Part shown: piece after piece, positions 8,801 through 16,903 of the stretch
Numbering within the stretch: position 1 is the stretch's first letter
How the letters are laid out: each line of letters opens with the position of its first letter
Notes under the pieces: generated by a model
Database searches by the model: none
Seen by the model: the letters and a program-made list of their open reading frames with translations, nothing else
Told to the model about the DNA's origin: nothing
Assembly (NCBI GenBank): GCA_030614005.1
Contig: JAUWKS010000039.1
Location: 1-30,262, forward strand
Reading direction: 5' to 3'
Length of the DNA: 30,262 nucleotides
From: Candidatus Heimdallarchaeota archaeon
GTDB lineage: Archaea; Asgardarchaeota; Heimdallarchaeia; JABLTI01
Made by a program: the position numbers and the translations under genes

Positions 8801-9874
8801 ATGATACGAGATGCGCAACAATATGGTCCATTAAATGTTCATATGCGATGCCAGAGAACAGAATTATTTTCCGCTGGAACTTACAATTTACTCGCTAGTG
8901 CTACCGATTATGCTAATCTTATACAAATGCTTTCAAACACAAAATACAATGATATCATTGGTACTGAAATGGACAAGAAATACCCTAACCTCATTGTGGT
9001 TGATCGTCGACTTTCACAACATTTTGTAGATCAATACTCTACCGTTCGGAAATATATCCCTAAACGAGCAAAGGCATTTATTGATTTGTTAAGTAGAAAC
9101 TATTTCCTTAATAACGTCAAAGTTATCTTAGCTGCACTACATGGTGCTAGTAATTATGAGGAAGCACAAGAGATGTTACTCAATTTGACTCCGGCAGAAA
9201 ATGAAGAAACTGAATATCTCTATAAAGCTCAAAATGTTGAGGAAATGATTTCACGACTTACTGATGAAAAACTTCGAGAATCTCTTGAAAATGCTTTAGG
9301 TGAATATCGTTTTCTTGACTTGGTTTATCCTTTGATTATAGCAGTTGATCAATACTTCTACGAACATCTCTCTAAAGTGATATCCAAATTGAAAGGTGAA
9401 GACCGAACCAAGGTTAAGATATTAGTTGGTTCACGGATAGGCATCCAAAACATAGGAATTATTCTTCGGTCAAAGATTTTCGATATTGTTCCAGGAATGA
9501 TACGAAAATGGCTTATAGCGACTAAAATGTGCCCATTAAAAGAAGCTTTCCGTGAAAAATTAATTAATGCTCCTAATATGGAAACTGCTTTCAATCTCTT
9601 GAAAGATGAGTCTCCATTTGCTGAATTAGGAATAAGACTACTTGAGAACCTCGATAAAGACAAACCTCCATTAGACAATTTTGATTTGTTCGCTGATCAA
9701 ATATTAATACATAAGGCAAATTCCCTCTTCCGCGGTGTAAGTTTTAATATTTCTATTTTTCCAGCATTCTTCTTCTTGAAGGAAATGGAAATTCGTAATT
9801 TACGAGTAATAATCTTAGGAAAACTTCATAAAAGATCTACAAATGAAATACTCGAAAAAATAGTTTTAGTTTAA
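8801..9874 (+). CDS. atpC: A/V-type ATP synthase subunit C (Vo d homologue)
   Basis: 357 aa; YPLIIAVDQYFY, IQNIGIILRSK and C-terminal KEMEIRNLRVIILGK typical of AhaC/NtpC; next to subunit K. Confidence 0.85.
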   Translation: MIRDAQQYGPLNVHMRCQRTELFSAGTYNLLASATDYANLIQMLSNTKYNDIIGTEMDKKYPNLIVVDRRLSQHFVDQYSTVRKYIPKRAKAFIDLLSRNYFLNNVKVILAALHGASNYEEAQEMLLNLTPAENEETEYLYKAQNVEEMISRLTDEKLRESLENALGEYRFLDLVYPLIIAVDQYFYEHLSKVISKLKGEDRTKVKILVGSRIGIQNIGIILRSKIFDIVPGMIRKWLIATKMCPLKEAFREKLINAPNMETAFNLLKDESPFAELGIRLLENLDKDKPPLDNFDLFADQILIHKANSLFRGVSFNISIFPAFFFLKEMEIRNLRVIILGKLHKRSTNEILEKIVLV

Positions 9875-9942
9875 GACTATTAGTAAATGTTAAAAAGCAA
9901 TAAAAAATCAAATAGACTCTAGAAACAAATAAAACTCTTACT

Positions 9943-10344
9943 TTGGAGGTAATACCAATTCGTCAATCATTATCTAAAAAAATCTTCATCATGATGCAAG
10001 TATTAGTTATTGCTATTGGACTCTTAACAATAGTAAAATTTTCTTTAGCTTTAACAGGTGAATCAGGTGTAGCCATTGTTAGTAAAGGAGTGCCTGGTTT
10101 TGACCCAATTTCAGTTCTCGCAGCAGAGGATCAAGCTGGTTTAATTGCTATTGCTGCTGGTTTAGCAATGGGCTTATCTGCAATCGGTGCAGCATTAGGC
10201 TTGGGTACCGCCGCTTCAGCAGCTGCAGCTGCAATTACTGAAAGACCAGAATCTTTTGGTAAACTGTTAGTACTTCTCGCTCTAATTGAAGCTATTGCTA
10301 TTTATGGTTTCGTTATTGCATTTGTATTATCTGGTAGCATTTAA
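9943..10344 (+). CDS. atpK: A/V-type ATP synthase subunit K (c-ring proteolipid); start codon uncertain
   Basis: One hairpin, IAAGLAMGLSAIGAALGLG...ERPESFGKLLVLLALIEAIAIYG, with the carrier Glu, plus an N-terminal hydrophobic segment. Confidence 0.93.
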   Translation: MEVIPIRQSLSKKIFIMMQVLVIAIGLLTIVKFSLALTGESGVAIVSKGVPGFDPISVLAAEDQAGLIAIAAGLAMGLSAIGAALGLGTAASAAAAAITERPESFGKLLVLLALIEAIAIYGFVIAFVLSGSI

Positions 10345-10401
10345 AGATTGCATCTTAAGAAACAGAACTTGGACCCAATTCACCATTTTGAGTGACTGAT
10401 A

Positions 10402-10450
10402 GGCGGCTTTTTTGCCGTTCTTGTATATTTTTTATCTTTTTCTTTTATTT
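10402..10450 (+). terminator. Hairpin plus T-rich tract after atpK
   Basis: ggcggc-tttttt-gccgtt (4 WC + 2 GU) followed by long T-rich runs. Confidence 0.4.
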
Positions 10451-10601
10451 CTTTTAGTGTTTACTTACTTAATCCTAGTTACCAACACTTTTTTTAACCG
10501 ATTAATTTAATATTGTTTGAAGATTGATACATAAAAAAGGGTTCATATCAAGTTTTCACGATTAAAATACTAAATAATATACTATTTTGAGTTGAATTCA
10601 A

Positions 10602-11897
10602 ATGACAGACAATGAAGATAAATTTGATTTCGCGGCATGGACAAAAAAACTTCCCCCCTCTGAAATTCGGCAGTTATTAAAATACAAAGTAAAATATAAT
10701 TTTGGTGGCGGATTACCTGGTGCCTTACCAATAGACACTTTGGGTAACATTTTGATAGAAATTGGCGAAGAAAACATTCAAGATAACAAAGATGGTAATA
10801 TAGATAAGGCTCTTTCTTTATGGAATTATGGACCAACTGGAGGTCAGGAATTCGTTTTAAGAATTCTAGCAGAACGAATGAATCGTATTGATGGGCTCAA
10901 TCTCGATGCTGAGACAGGATGGCAAGACATTATTTTAACAGCGGGATCACAACAAGCACTTTACGCAATTCTTGATACAATAGTTGACCCAGGTGATGTT
11001 ATTTTAACACCCAGCCCAGCTTATTTAGGATTTCTTGCACCCGCTTACAAAATTGGAGGGGAAATTGTTACTATTCCTACTGATTCGGATGGTTTAATAC
11101 CTGAATATTTAGAACAGGCAATTCCAATGTGTGAAAAGAAATTCGGAAAGAAGCCATCAATGATTTATGTTGTTCCTGATTCTGATAATCCAAAAGGAAC
11201 TACTATTCCATTCAAAAGACGAAAACAAATCTTCGACATTGCCGAACAGTATGATATTCTATTAGTAGAAGATCAAGCATACAAAGAAATACAATTTAAA
11301 GGTGAACCAATTAAACCCATTAAATCTCTTGATAAAGATAATTGTAGAGTCGCATATTTGCGAACAACTTCTAAAGAAGCAGCTGTTTTACGTATGGGTT
11401 ATTCTGTTCTGCCTGAAAGTTTAAAGAATGAAGTGTTGAAGGCTAAAGGTTACTTGGATCTTTGTTCACCTACAATCTTGCAAAAAGTTATGGCAATCTA
11501 TTATGAAAAATACATTGACAAAGTATTGCCTGATTGCTTGGCAACTTATAAGAAACGCTCAGAAGCAATGCTAAAAGGTATAGAAGAATCCTTCCCAGCT
11601 GGTGACTATACTAAACCAAATGGTGGATTTTTTGTTTGGTTTGAATCTGAAAAACATTTCGATGCTAAGAAATTCTTACTCGAAAAAGCCATTCCAAATG
11701 ATATTTGTTTTGTCCCTGGAGCAGCATTCTATCCTATTAAAGGTTGGACTTTGGATACAGAAAAGAATGATTTAGTGGACTCTGTTGCAAAAACCAATAC
11801 GATGCGTTTAGGTTATTCCTACAATAACGCCGAAGTTATCTATGACGGTATCAAGAAATTGGGTAATATGCTATATAGAGATCTAGGCGTAGAATGA
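10602..11897 (+). CDS. Class I/II PLP-dependent aminotransferase (MocR/LysN/aromatic aminotransferase-like)
   Basis: FGGGLP, NYGPTGG, LTAGSQQAL, DNPKG, VEDQAY (PLP Asp), TTSKEAAVLRMGY (PLP Lys), PNGGFFVW, MRLGYS. Confidence 0.9.
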   Translation: MTDNEDKFDFAAWTKKLPPSEIRQLLKYKVKYNFGGGLPGALPIDTLGNILIEIGEENIQDNKDGNIDKALSLWNYGPTGGQEFVLRILAERMNRIDGLNLDAETGWQDIILTAGSQQALYAILDTIVDPGDVILTPSPAYLGFLAPAYKIGGEIVTIPTDSDGLIPEYLEQAIPMCEKKFGKKPSMIYVVPDSDNPKGTTIPFKRRKQIFDIAEQYDILLVEDQAYKEIQFKGEPIKPIKSLDKDNCRVAYLRTTSKEAAVLRMGYSVLPESLKNEVLKAKGYLDLCSPTILQKVMAIYYEKYIDKVLPDCLATYKKRSEAMLKGIEESFPAGDYTKPNGGFFVWFESEKHFDAKKFLLEKAIPNDICFVPGAAFYPIKGWTLDTEKNDLVDSVAKTNTMRLGYSYNNAEVIYDGIKKLGNMLYRDLGVE

Positions 11898-11906
11898 GAA
11901 ACACAT

Positions 11907-11950
11907 GGAAATTACTACTCAATAGCCTGAGTAATTTCCTTCTACTTTTA
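11907..11950 (+). terminator. Hairpin plus pyrimidine tract after the aminotransferase gene
   Basis: ggaaatt-act-actca-atagcc-tgagt-aatttcc, then ttctactttta. Confidence 0.5.
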
Positions 11951-12075
11951 TTTTCTATCATTTTTCCTTTCGTTACAATATTCAATAGCTAAGAAACAAT
12001 TATATGAAGTAAACACAAAAGTTTTTATCTACAAGTTCTTGAATTTCAAGAGACTTCGAACAGGTGTTTATTGAG

Positions 12076-14178
12076 ATGAGTTTATTACCTGACAGACTAA
12101 AAACGGTTAAAGTTGCTGTTCCAATAGAGTATTCGCGTAACTTGTACAGGTTTCTATCCTTAGAAGAAAATCTAGACATCATAGATATTCAGAAGAAACC
12201 TTTTGAAATAAATTCTTTTGAACATGGTTCTAAAATCAAAGAACTTTCTGAAACTTTTAGTAAGGTTGTAGAGAATTTTGAGATTGCTGATAAAATCTCT
12301 GCGAAAAAGCATATTTCAATCGATGATCGTGATTTTAGTGCTGTGTTAAAAGAAATAGATAGAATTTCCAAAGATGTTATCGTTAAATTAAGTCAAATTG
12401 CTGATCGAATAAAACTTGCGGAACAAGAACTTGAAAAGAACAAATCTGCCATCGAAATTGCTCAGAATTTAATTCCTTTTGGATTCAGTTTTGAAGATCT
12501 TGATGATGAGCACCCATATTTTGATATTATTGTTGGACATATTCTCTCTAAAAGAATTCCAAGATTCAAATGGAATTTGGATGCAATTACTGATGGAAAC
12601 TATGTATTTAAAGAATCGCCATCTGAAGGAAAGCATTCATTTATCGCCATTGGATTCCTTGAACGATACCAAGAAGATATAAACCGGTTACTTGTAGCAT
12701 ATGGCTTTGAAAAATCATCTGTTCCAGAAAGAATTACTGGAAGCCCTGATAAAGTAGTAAAAAGAAGTTCCGATAAAATTGCTGCTCTTGAGAAGAAAAT
12801 TGCTGAATTGAAGGAAGACTCTGATATACTCATTTCAGAATATGGTGGCGAAATTATCGGCTACTCTGAACAATTGCAGATAGAGATGAATTATCTTAAA
12901 ATTGCTAATAAGGTTCGCGAAACTCAAAAGAAAGTTTCATTCTGGGCTTGGGTTCCTGTCAAAAAGATTTCAAGTGTTGAAAAGGGAATTAAGACAGCAA
13001 CTGAAGACAAAGCACAAGTTGAGTTCACTGAACCCGTATTCGAGGAATCTGAATTTCCAACAAAAACCTCTGTTCCTAAATTTGCTCGGGTTTATGATGG
13101 ATTAGTAAATGCTTATGGAACACCTGGTTATAATGAATATAATTCTGCAATTTTACTCCAAATCTTCTTCCCAATAATGTTTGGAGTTATGTTTGCAGAT
13201 GTAGGTCATGGCTTACTTTTCGCTCTATTAGGTGTTTACGGATTAACACTACAAAAGAAAGAATTAAGAAAAGATAGTTTCATGGATGAAATTAAGGGCT
13301 ATTTCAAAGGTGGAGCAATGCTGATGATTGTTTCAGGAATAGTTGCGATGATTTTTGGAGTATTGTTCGGGTCCTATTTTGGAGTTACACATCATGCAGC
13401 TGAATTTGTACCAAAACCACTCTGGTTTAGTCCAGAAGGTCATGAATTATTTAATGGTGCAAGTCCTGTTATTATAATTTTAGAATTCTCTTTAGTCATT
13501 GGTATGATTCATATGACTATTGGATATATTTTGCGTTTCATCAATAATATAAGACAAAAACAATATTTAGACGCATTCGGTATTCCACTAATGTGGACAA
13601 TATTCCATTGGAGTTTATTCATTTTAATCTTTACTTTTGGTACAAACTTTATGACTTGGTTTGATCCAAGCAATTCAGGCTATTTTGATCTTGCATTATT
13701 TTCAGTAGGAGGAGAACCAATTCAATTCTTCTACATTCCAAATGCTTTGTTGTTCTTCGCTCTAACACTTGGTTTGCCAATTTTAGTGATGACTGTTTCC
13801 TTGATTATTCATGGAAAACGACATGGATCCATTTTAGACGGTGTTGCAGAGCTTATCGAATTATTACTTTCAACATTATCAAACACGGTTAGCTATGCTC
13901 GGATATTTGCAATGAACGCTGTACACGGGGCACTCTCTCATATCTTTACCCTTAAAGACTTTACAGGAGGGGAAAGCATGGGCGTAATTAATTACATTGG
14001 AGTTGCTATTGGTGCTCTAGTAATATTAGCTCTTGAAGGATTGTTTTCATTCATTCAAACCTTGCGTTTACAATGGGTTGAATTCTTTTCAAAAGTAGGT
14101 TACAAAGGAACTGGAACCCCATTCCAATCCATGGCTATTCCACGAAAGTATTCCAAATTTACTAAAGTCAATACATAA
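12076..14178 (+). CDS. atpI: A/V-type ATP synthase subunit I (Vo a homologue)
   Basis: FFPIMFGVMFADVGHG, GMIHMTIG, LSNTVSYARIFA (essential Arg), LEGLFSFIQTLRLQWVEFFSK. ATG 12076 follows an AGGTG SD; the track GTG 12064 lies inside that SD. Confidence 0.95.
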   Translation: MSLLPDRLKTVKVAVPIEYSRNLYRFLSLEENLDIIDIQKKPFEINSFEHGSKIKELSETFSKVVENFEIADKISAKKHISIDDRDFSAVLKEIDRISKDVIVKLSQIADRIKLAEQELEKNKSAIEIAQNLIPFGFSFEDLDDEHPYFDIIVGHILSKRIPRFKWNLDAITDGNYVFKESPSEGKHSFIAIGFLERYQEDINRLLVAYGFEKSSVPERITGSPDKVVKRSSDKIAALEKKIAELKEDSDILISEYGGEIIGYSEQLQIEMNYLKIANKVRETQKKVSFWAWVPVKKISSVEKGIKTATEDKAQVEFTEPVFEESEFPTKTSVPKFARVYDGLVNAYGTPGYNEYNSAILLQIFFPIMFGVMFADVGHGLLFALLGVYGLTLQKKELRKDSFMDEIKGYFKGGAMLMIVSGIVAMIFGVLFGSYFGVTHHAAEFVPKPLWFSPEGHELFNGASPVIIILEFSLVIGMIHMTIGYILRFINNIRQKQYLDAFGIPLMWTIFHWSLFILIFTFGTNFMTWFDPSNSGYFDLALFSVGGEPIQFFYIPNALLFFALTLGLPILVMTVSLIIHGKRHGSILDGVAELIELLLSTLSNTVSYARIFAMNAVHGALSHIFTLKDFTGGESMGVINYIGVAIGALVILALEGLFSFIQTLRLQWVEFFSKVGYKGTGTPFQSMAIPRKYSKFTKVNT

Positions 14179-14179
14179 A

Positions 14180-14216
14180 CAATCTGCTCATTGCAGATTG
14201 CTCATCATTTTTTTTA
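14180..14216 (+). terminator. Hairpin plus T-tract after atpI
   Basis: caatctgc-tcatt-gcagattg 8-bp stem, then a T run; the gene converges with the zinc-finger gene. Confidence 0.55.
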
Positions 14217-14326
14217 TAATTTCTTCTGTAAAGCACATAATCTATTTTTCGAAAGTGAATTAATAAAAAAATTAGTACAGCGGAGATATTTTCCGCTTCT
14301 TGCATACGAATAAATATGTAAAGCTA

Positions 14327-14623
14327 TTAAAAAGTAAATTCAAACTCTTCTTCTTTTGGTTCTGGTTTGATTCTTCTAGATGCGTCAGCGATTATCTCTG
14401 GATGGAAATTTTTGATATGTAAACGCCAATTTTTTACCCAAAGACCACAATAGCAACACATATACTTTTCTTCTTTTGCTTCTTTCTTTGCGATATATTC
14501 TAAATATTTTGGATGTCTCCTTTTCATATGTTCCTCAGGATCCTCTATGATACTTTGGCATATTTTGCAAATTTTGATACCATCTTTTCTTCTCACAATA
14601 AAGTTATTTAAATTTTTGACCAC
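14327..14623 (-). CDS. Small protein with two C2H2-type zinc fingers
   Basis: CKIC-x9-H-x4-HP and CCYC-x9-H-x4-HP; GTG start preceded by GGGGGG, which can pair with the anti-SD through a G.U. Confidence 0.7.
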   Translation of the reverse strand: MVKNLNNFIVRRKDGIKICKICQSIIEDPEEHMKRRHPKYLEYIAKKEAKEEKYMCCYCGLWVKNWRLHIKNFHPEIIADASRRIKPEPKEEEFEFTF

Positions 14624-14852
14624 TCAAGTGCCCCCCGGCATGGGAATAATATAGCTAGCAGCTATTCTTTTCTTTAGTTCAATTGATTATTTATTACTTC
14701 AAGTCATCTTATTTGAACATTTCCCTTTAAAATCCTTTTTCGGACAAAATTTTAATTTAGAAAGTAATTGACAGTCTTATAAATAGAATTTCCATTCAAA
14801 AAACAGTCTCCTTCAAAAAAGGAATCGTATACAATTAGAAAGAGACGCAATC

Positions 14853-14860
14853 TTTTTAAA
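14853..14860 (+). promoter_or_regulatory. Candidate TATA box of the ribosomal protein cluster
   Basis: tttttaaa about 25 nt upstream of the first hairpin of the structured leader (14886). Confidence 0.4.
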
Positions 14861-14885
14861 GAGTATTTTTGTGTTCTAGTTCCAC

Positions 14886-15072
14886 TGCAACGCTGAATTT
14901 CTTTAAGCGTTCGCATAATTGGGCTCCGACCTTGCGTTGATTCGCAGAAGGGGAGTCGCGCCTCTTGGAGGTTCCGAGAATAATCTATTGTTATTCGTTG
15001 GATTAAAGGATAAACTAGAGTGAAATTCCTTCGCGCATAAACCGAAGGAAAAAAAACTGTCTTTCCGACAGG
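14886..15072 (+). ncRNA. Candidate structured 5' leader RNA (ribosomal-protein leader) upstream of rpl22
   Basis: Five stem-loops in a GC-enriched non-coding stretch; G.U pairs favour the + strand; I did not recognise 5S, SRP, RNase P or tRNA signatures. Confidence 0.5.
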
Positions 15073-15108
15073 TTATTTAAAATAAATGCAATTACGAGGA
15101 AAAGCAAA

Positions 15109-15570
15109 ATGCCACAATATGGATACTCGATTTTCGGACTTGACCCGGATCGTACTGCCATTGCTAGTGCACGAGAACTAGACATTAGCCCTAAGGCTGC
15201 TAGAGAGATTTGCAATACCATTAAGGGTATGTTTCTTGACAAGGCAAAGGAATATCTTGAAGATGTCATTGATATGAAAAAAGCTGTCCCTTACAAACGC
15301 CACAAAAAACATGTTGCTCATCGAAAGGAATTAAGCAAATGGCCTTCAGGTCGCTTTCCTGTCAAAGCAGCTAAAAAGATCTTAGAAGTTCTTGAAAATG
15401 CAGAAAATAATGCAGAATTCAAAGGTCTTGATGTTGAACGAATGAAGATCATTCATGCAAGCTCACATAAAGCGATGATTTTGAAACGCTATTTACCAAG
15501 AGCTCATGGTTCATCTTCCCCTAGATTTAATTATTTATCACATATTGAATTAGCCATTGAAGAGGTCTAA
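15109..15570 (+). CDS. rpl22: 50S ribosomal protein uL22
   Basis: ISPKAAREIC, KKAVPYKRH, GRFPVKAA, LENAENNA, PRAHG, SHIEL. Confidence 0.97.
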   Translation: MPQYGYSIFGLDPDRTAIASARELDISPKAAREICNTIKGMFLDKAKEYLEDVIDMKKAVPYKRHKKHVAHRKELSKWPSGRFPVKAAKKILEVLENAENNAEFKGLDVERMKIIHASSHKAMILKRYLPRAHGSSSPRFNYLSHIELAIEEV

Positions 15571-15572
15571 AA

Positions 15573-16670
15573 TTGTCAGCAATTACTCATTTCATTAAAA
15601 AGGGTGTTCGCCAATCACAGATTGACGAATATTTAGGTAGTGAGCTCGGACGTGCCGGATACGGCGGTGTCGAAATAGCAAAAACACCTTTGGGTGAGCG
15701 CATTACCATTCATGCTGCAAGACCAGGTATTGTTATCGGTCGAAGAGGAAAAAACATCAGAATGATTACTGATGAATTAGTTGCCCGATTTGGTCTTGAG
15801 AACCCTCAAATTGAAGTTAAAGAAGTTACAAACCCTGAACTTAATTCTAAAGTTATGGCTTATTCTCTTGTTTCAGCTATTGAACGTGGAGTTCATAGAA
15901 GAAGAGCAGCTTATTCTGTTCTTAGAAGAGTAGTTAATGCTGGAGCAAAAGGATGCGAAATTCTCATTTCTGGTAAACTTACTAGTAAAAGATCACGCCA
16001 TGAAGCTTATAGAATGGGTCTTGTTGCTAAAAGTGGTGAACTTGGTTCTACTTTTGTTATGCACGCAAATGCAACCGCTGTAATGAAATTAGGAACTATT
16101 GGTGTTACTGTTAATATTATGAGAGGAGATGTTCAATTACCGGATGAAATCAGCATTTTAGCTGTAAAATTCGTAGATGGTAAAATCGTAGACGAAACCT
16201 CTCCTGAAGCTGTCGAAGTGTCACCTAAAGACGAAGCTCTAAAGAAGAAAGAAACCAAGGAAGCCGTTTCTCCTAAAAAGAAAGAAGCACCTTCTGCAAA
16301 GAAAGAAGACGCTCCAAAGAAGGTAGAGACGAAAGTAGCTGCCAAGAAGAAAACTGACCTTGATCGTGAAGTTGAAGAGCTTTCTGACTTAATTGAAAAG
16401 TCTCCTGGTGAAGAAGTTAAACCAAAGAAAACTGAGAAGAAACCCAAGGCAAAGACTACAAAGAAAGATGATGCTAAACCCAAGGCAAAGACTACAAAGA
16501 AAGACGGTGTTAAACCCAAGGCAAAGGCTACAAAGAAAGACGGTGCTAAGCCAAAAGCAAAAACTTCCAAGAAAGACGAAGCAAAGGCAAAGGACACAAA
16601 AGCAAAAGCAGCTAAAAAAGATGACAAGGATAAAAAACCCAAGTCAAAAAAGGAAGCCAAGAAAAAATAG
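15573..16670 (+). CDS. rps3: 30S ribosomal protein uS3 with a ~170-aa Lys-rich C-terminal tail
   Basis: RAGYGGVEIAKTPLG, RPGIVIGRRG KH motif, GCEILISGKL; TTG start after a GAGGT SD; core is about 196 aa. Confidence 0.97.
   Translation: MSAITHFIKKGVRQSQIDEYLGSELGRAGYGGVEIAKTPLGERITIHAARPGIVIGRRGKNIRMITDELVARFGLENPQIEVKEVTNPELNSKVMAYSLVSAIERGVHRRRAAYSVLRRVVNAGAKGCEILISGKLTSKRSRHEAYRMGLVAKSGELGSTFVMHANATAVMKLGTIGVTVNIMRGDVQLPDEISILAVKFVDGKIVDETSPEAVEVSPKDEALKKKETKEAVSPKKKEAPSAKKEDAPKKVETKVAAKKKTDLDREVEELSDLIEKSPGEEVKPKKTEKKPKAKTTKKDDAKPKAKTTKKDGVKPKAKATKKDGAKPKAKTSKKDEAKAKDTKAKAAKKDDKDKKPKSKKEAKKK
16440..16583 (+). repeat. Four 36-nt tandem coding repeats (KPKAKTTKKDDA-like) in the uS3 tail
   Basis: Units start at 16440, 16476, 16512 and 16548; the first is aaacccaaggcaaagactacaaagaaagatgatgct. 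Confidence 0.9.
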
Positions 16671-16684
16671 GAGATGAATGAAAA

Positions 16685-16903
16685 ATGGCAATTCTAAAAA
16701 TGCGTGAAATTCGTTATATGACCGCTGCACAAAGAAAAAACCAGCTAAAAAATCTCCACAAAGAGCTTGCTCTCTTGCGAGCAAGTAAAGCGACTGGTGG
16801 CTCATTAGAGAAACCAAGTAAAGTTAAAGAAGTTAAGAAAACAATCGCAAGGACCTTGACTGTTATGAAAGAGAATGGTGAGCTTGAGCCCACTAACAGC
16901 TAA
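16685..16903 (+). CDS. rpl29: 50S ribosomal protein uL29
   Basis: LKMREIR...LHKELALLR...KPSKVKEVKKTIARTLT; follows rps3. Confidence 0.95.
   Translation: MAILKMREIRYMTAAQRKNQLKNLHKELALLRASKATGGSLEKPSKVKEVKKTIARTLTVMKENGELEPTNS

Noticed and set aside
9353-9361. Second tacttctac half-site of the ArsR dyad
   Set aside because: A single half-site inside the atpC coding sequence, expected by chance.
14886-15072. 5S rRNA, SRP RNA, RNase P RNA, tRNA or C/D sRNA
   Set aside because: I found no cloverleaf/T-loop, RNase P P4 (GAGGAAAGUCC), SRP helix-8 or paired C/D box motifs by eye; kept as an unclassified leader candidate.
15015-15269. 84-aa minus-strand ORF over the leader and rpl22
   Set aside because: Antisense to rpl22 with no recognisable domain.
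16133-16660. 175-aa minus-strand Phe/Leu/Ala-rich ORF
   Set aside because: Antisense shadow of the Lys-rich uS3 tail; AAA/AAG codons read as TTT/CTT.
16393-16677. 94-aa alternative-frame ORF with NPRQRLQRK repeats
   Set aside because: Frame-shifted reading of the 36-nt uS3 repeats; no independent start signals.
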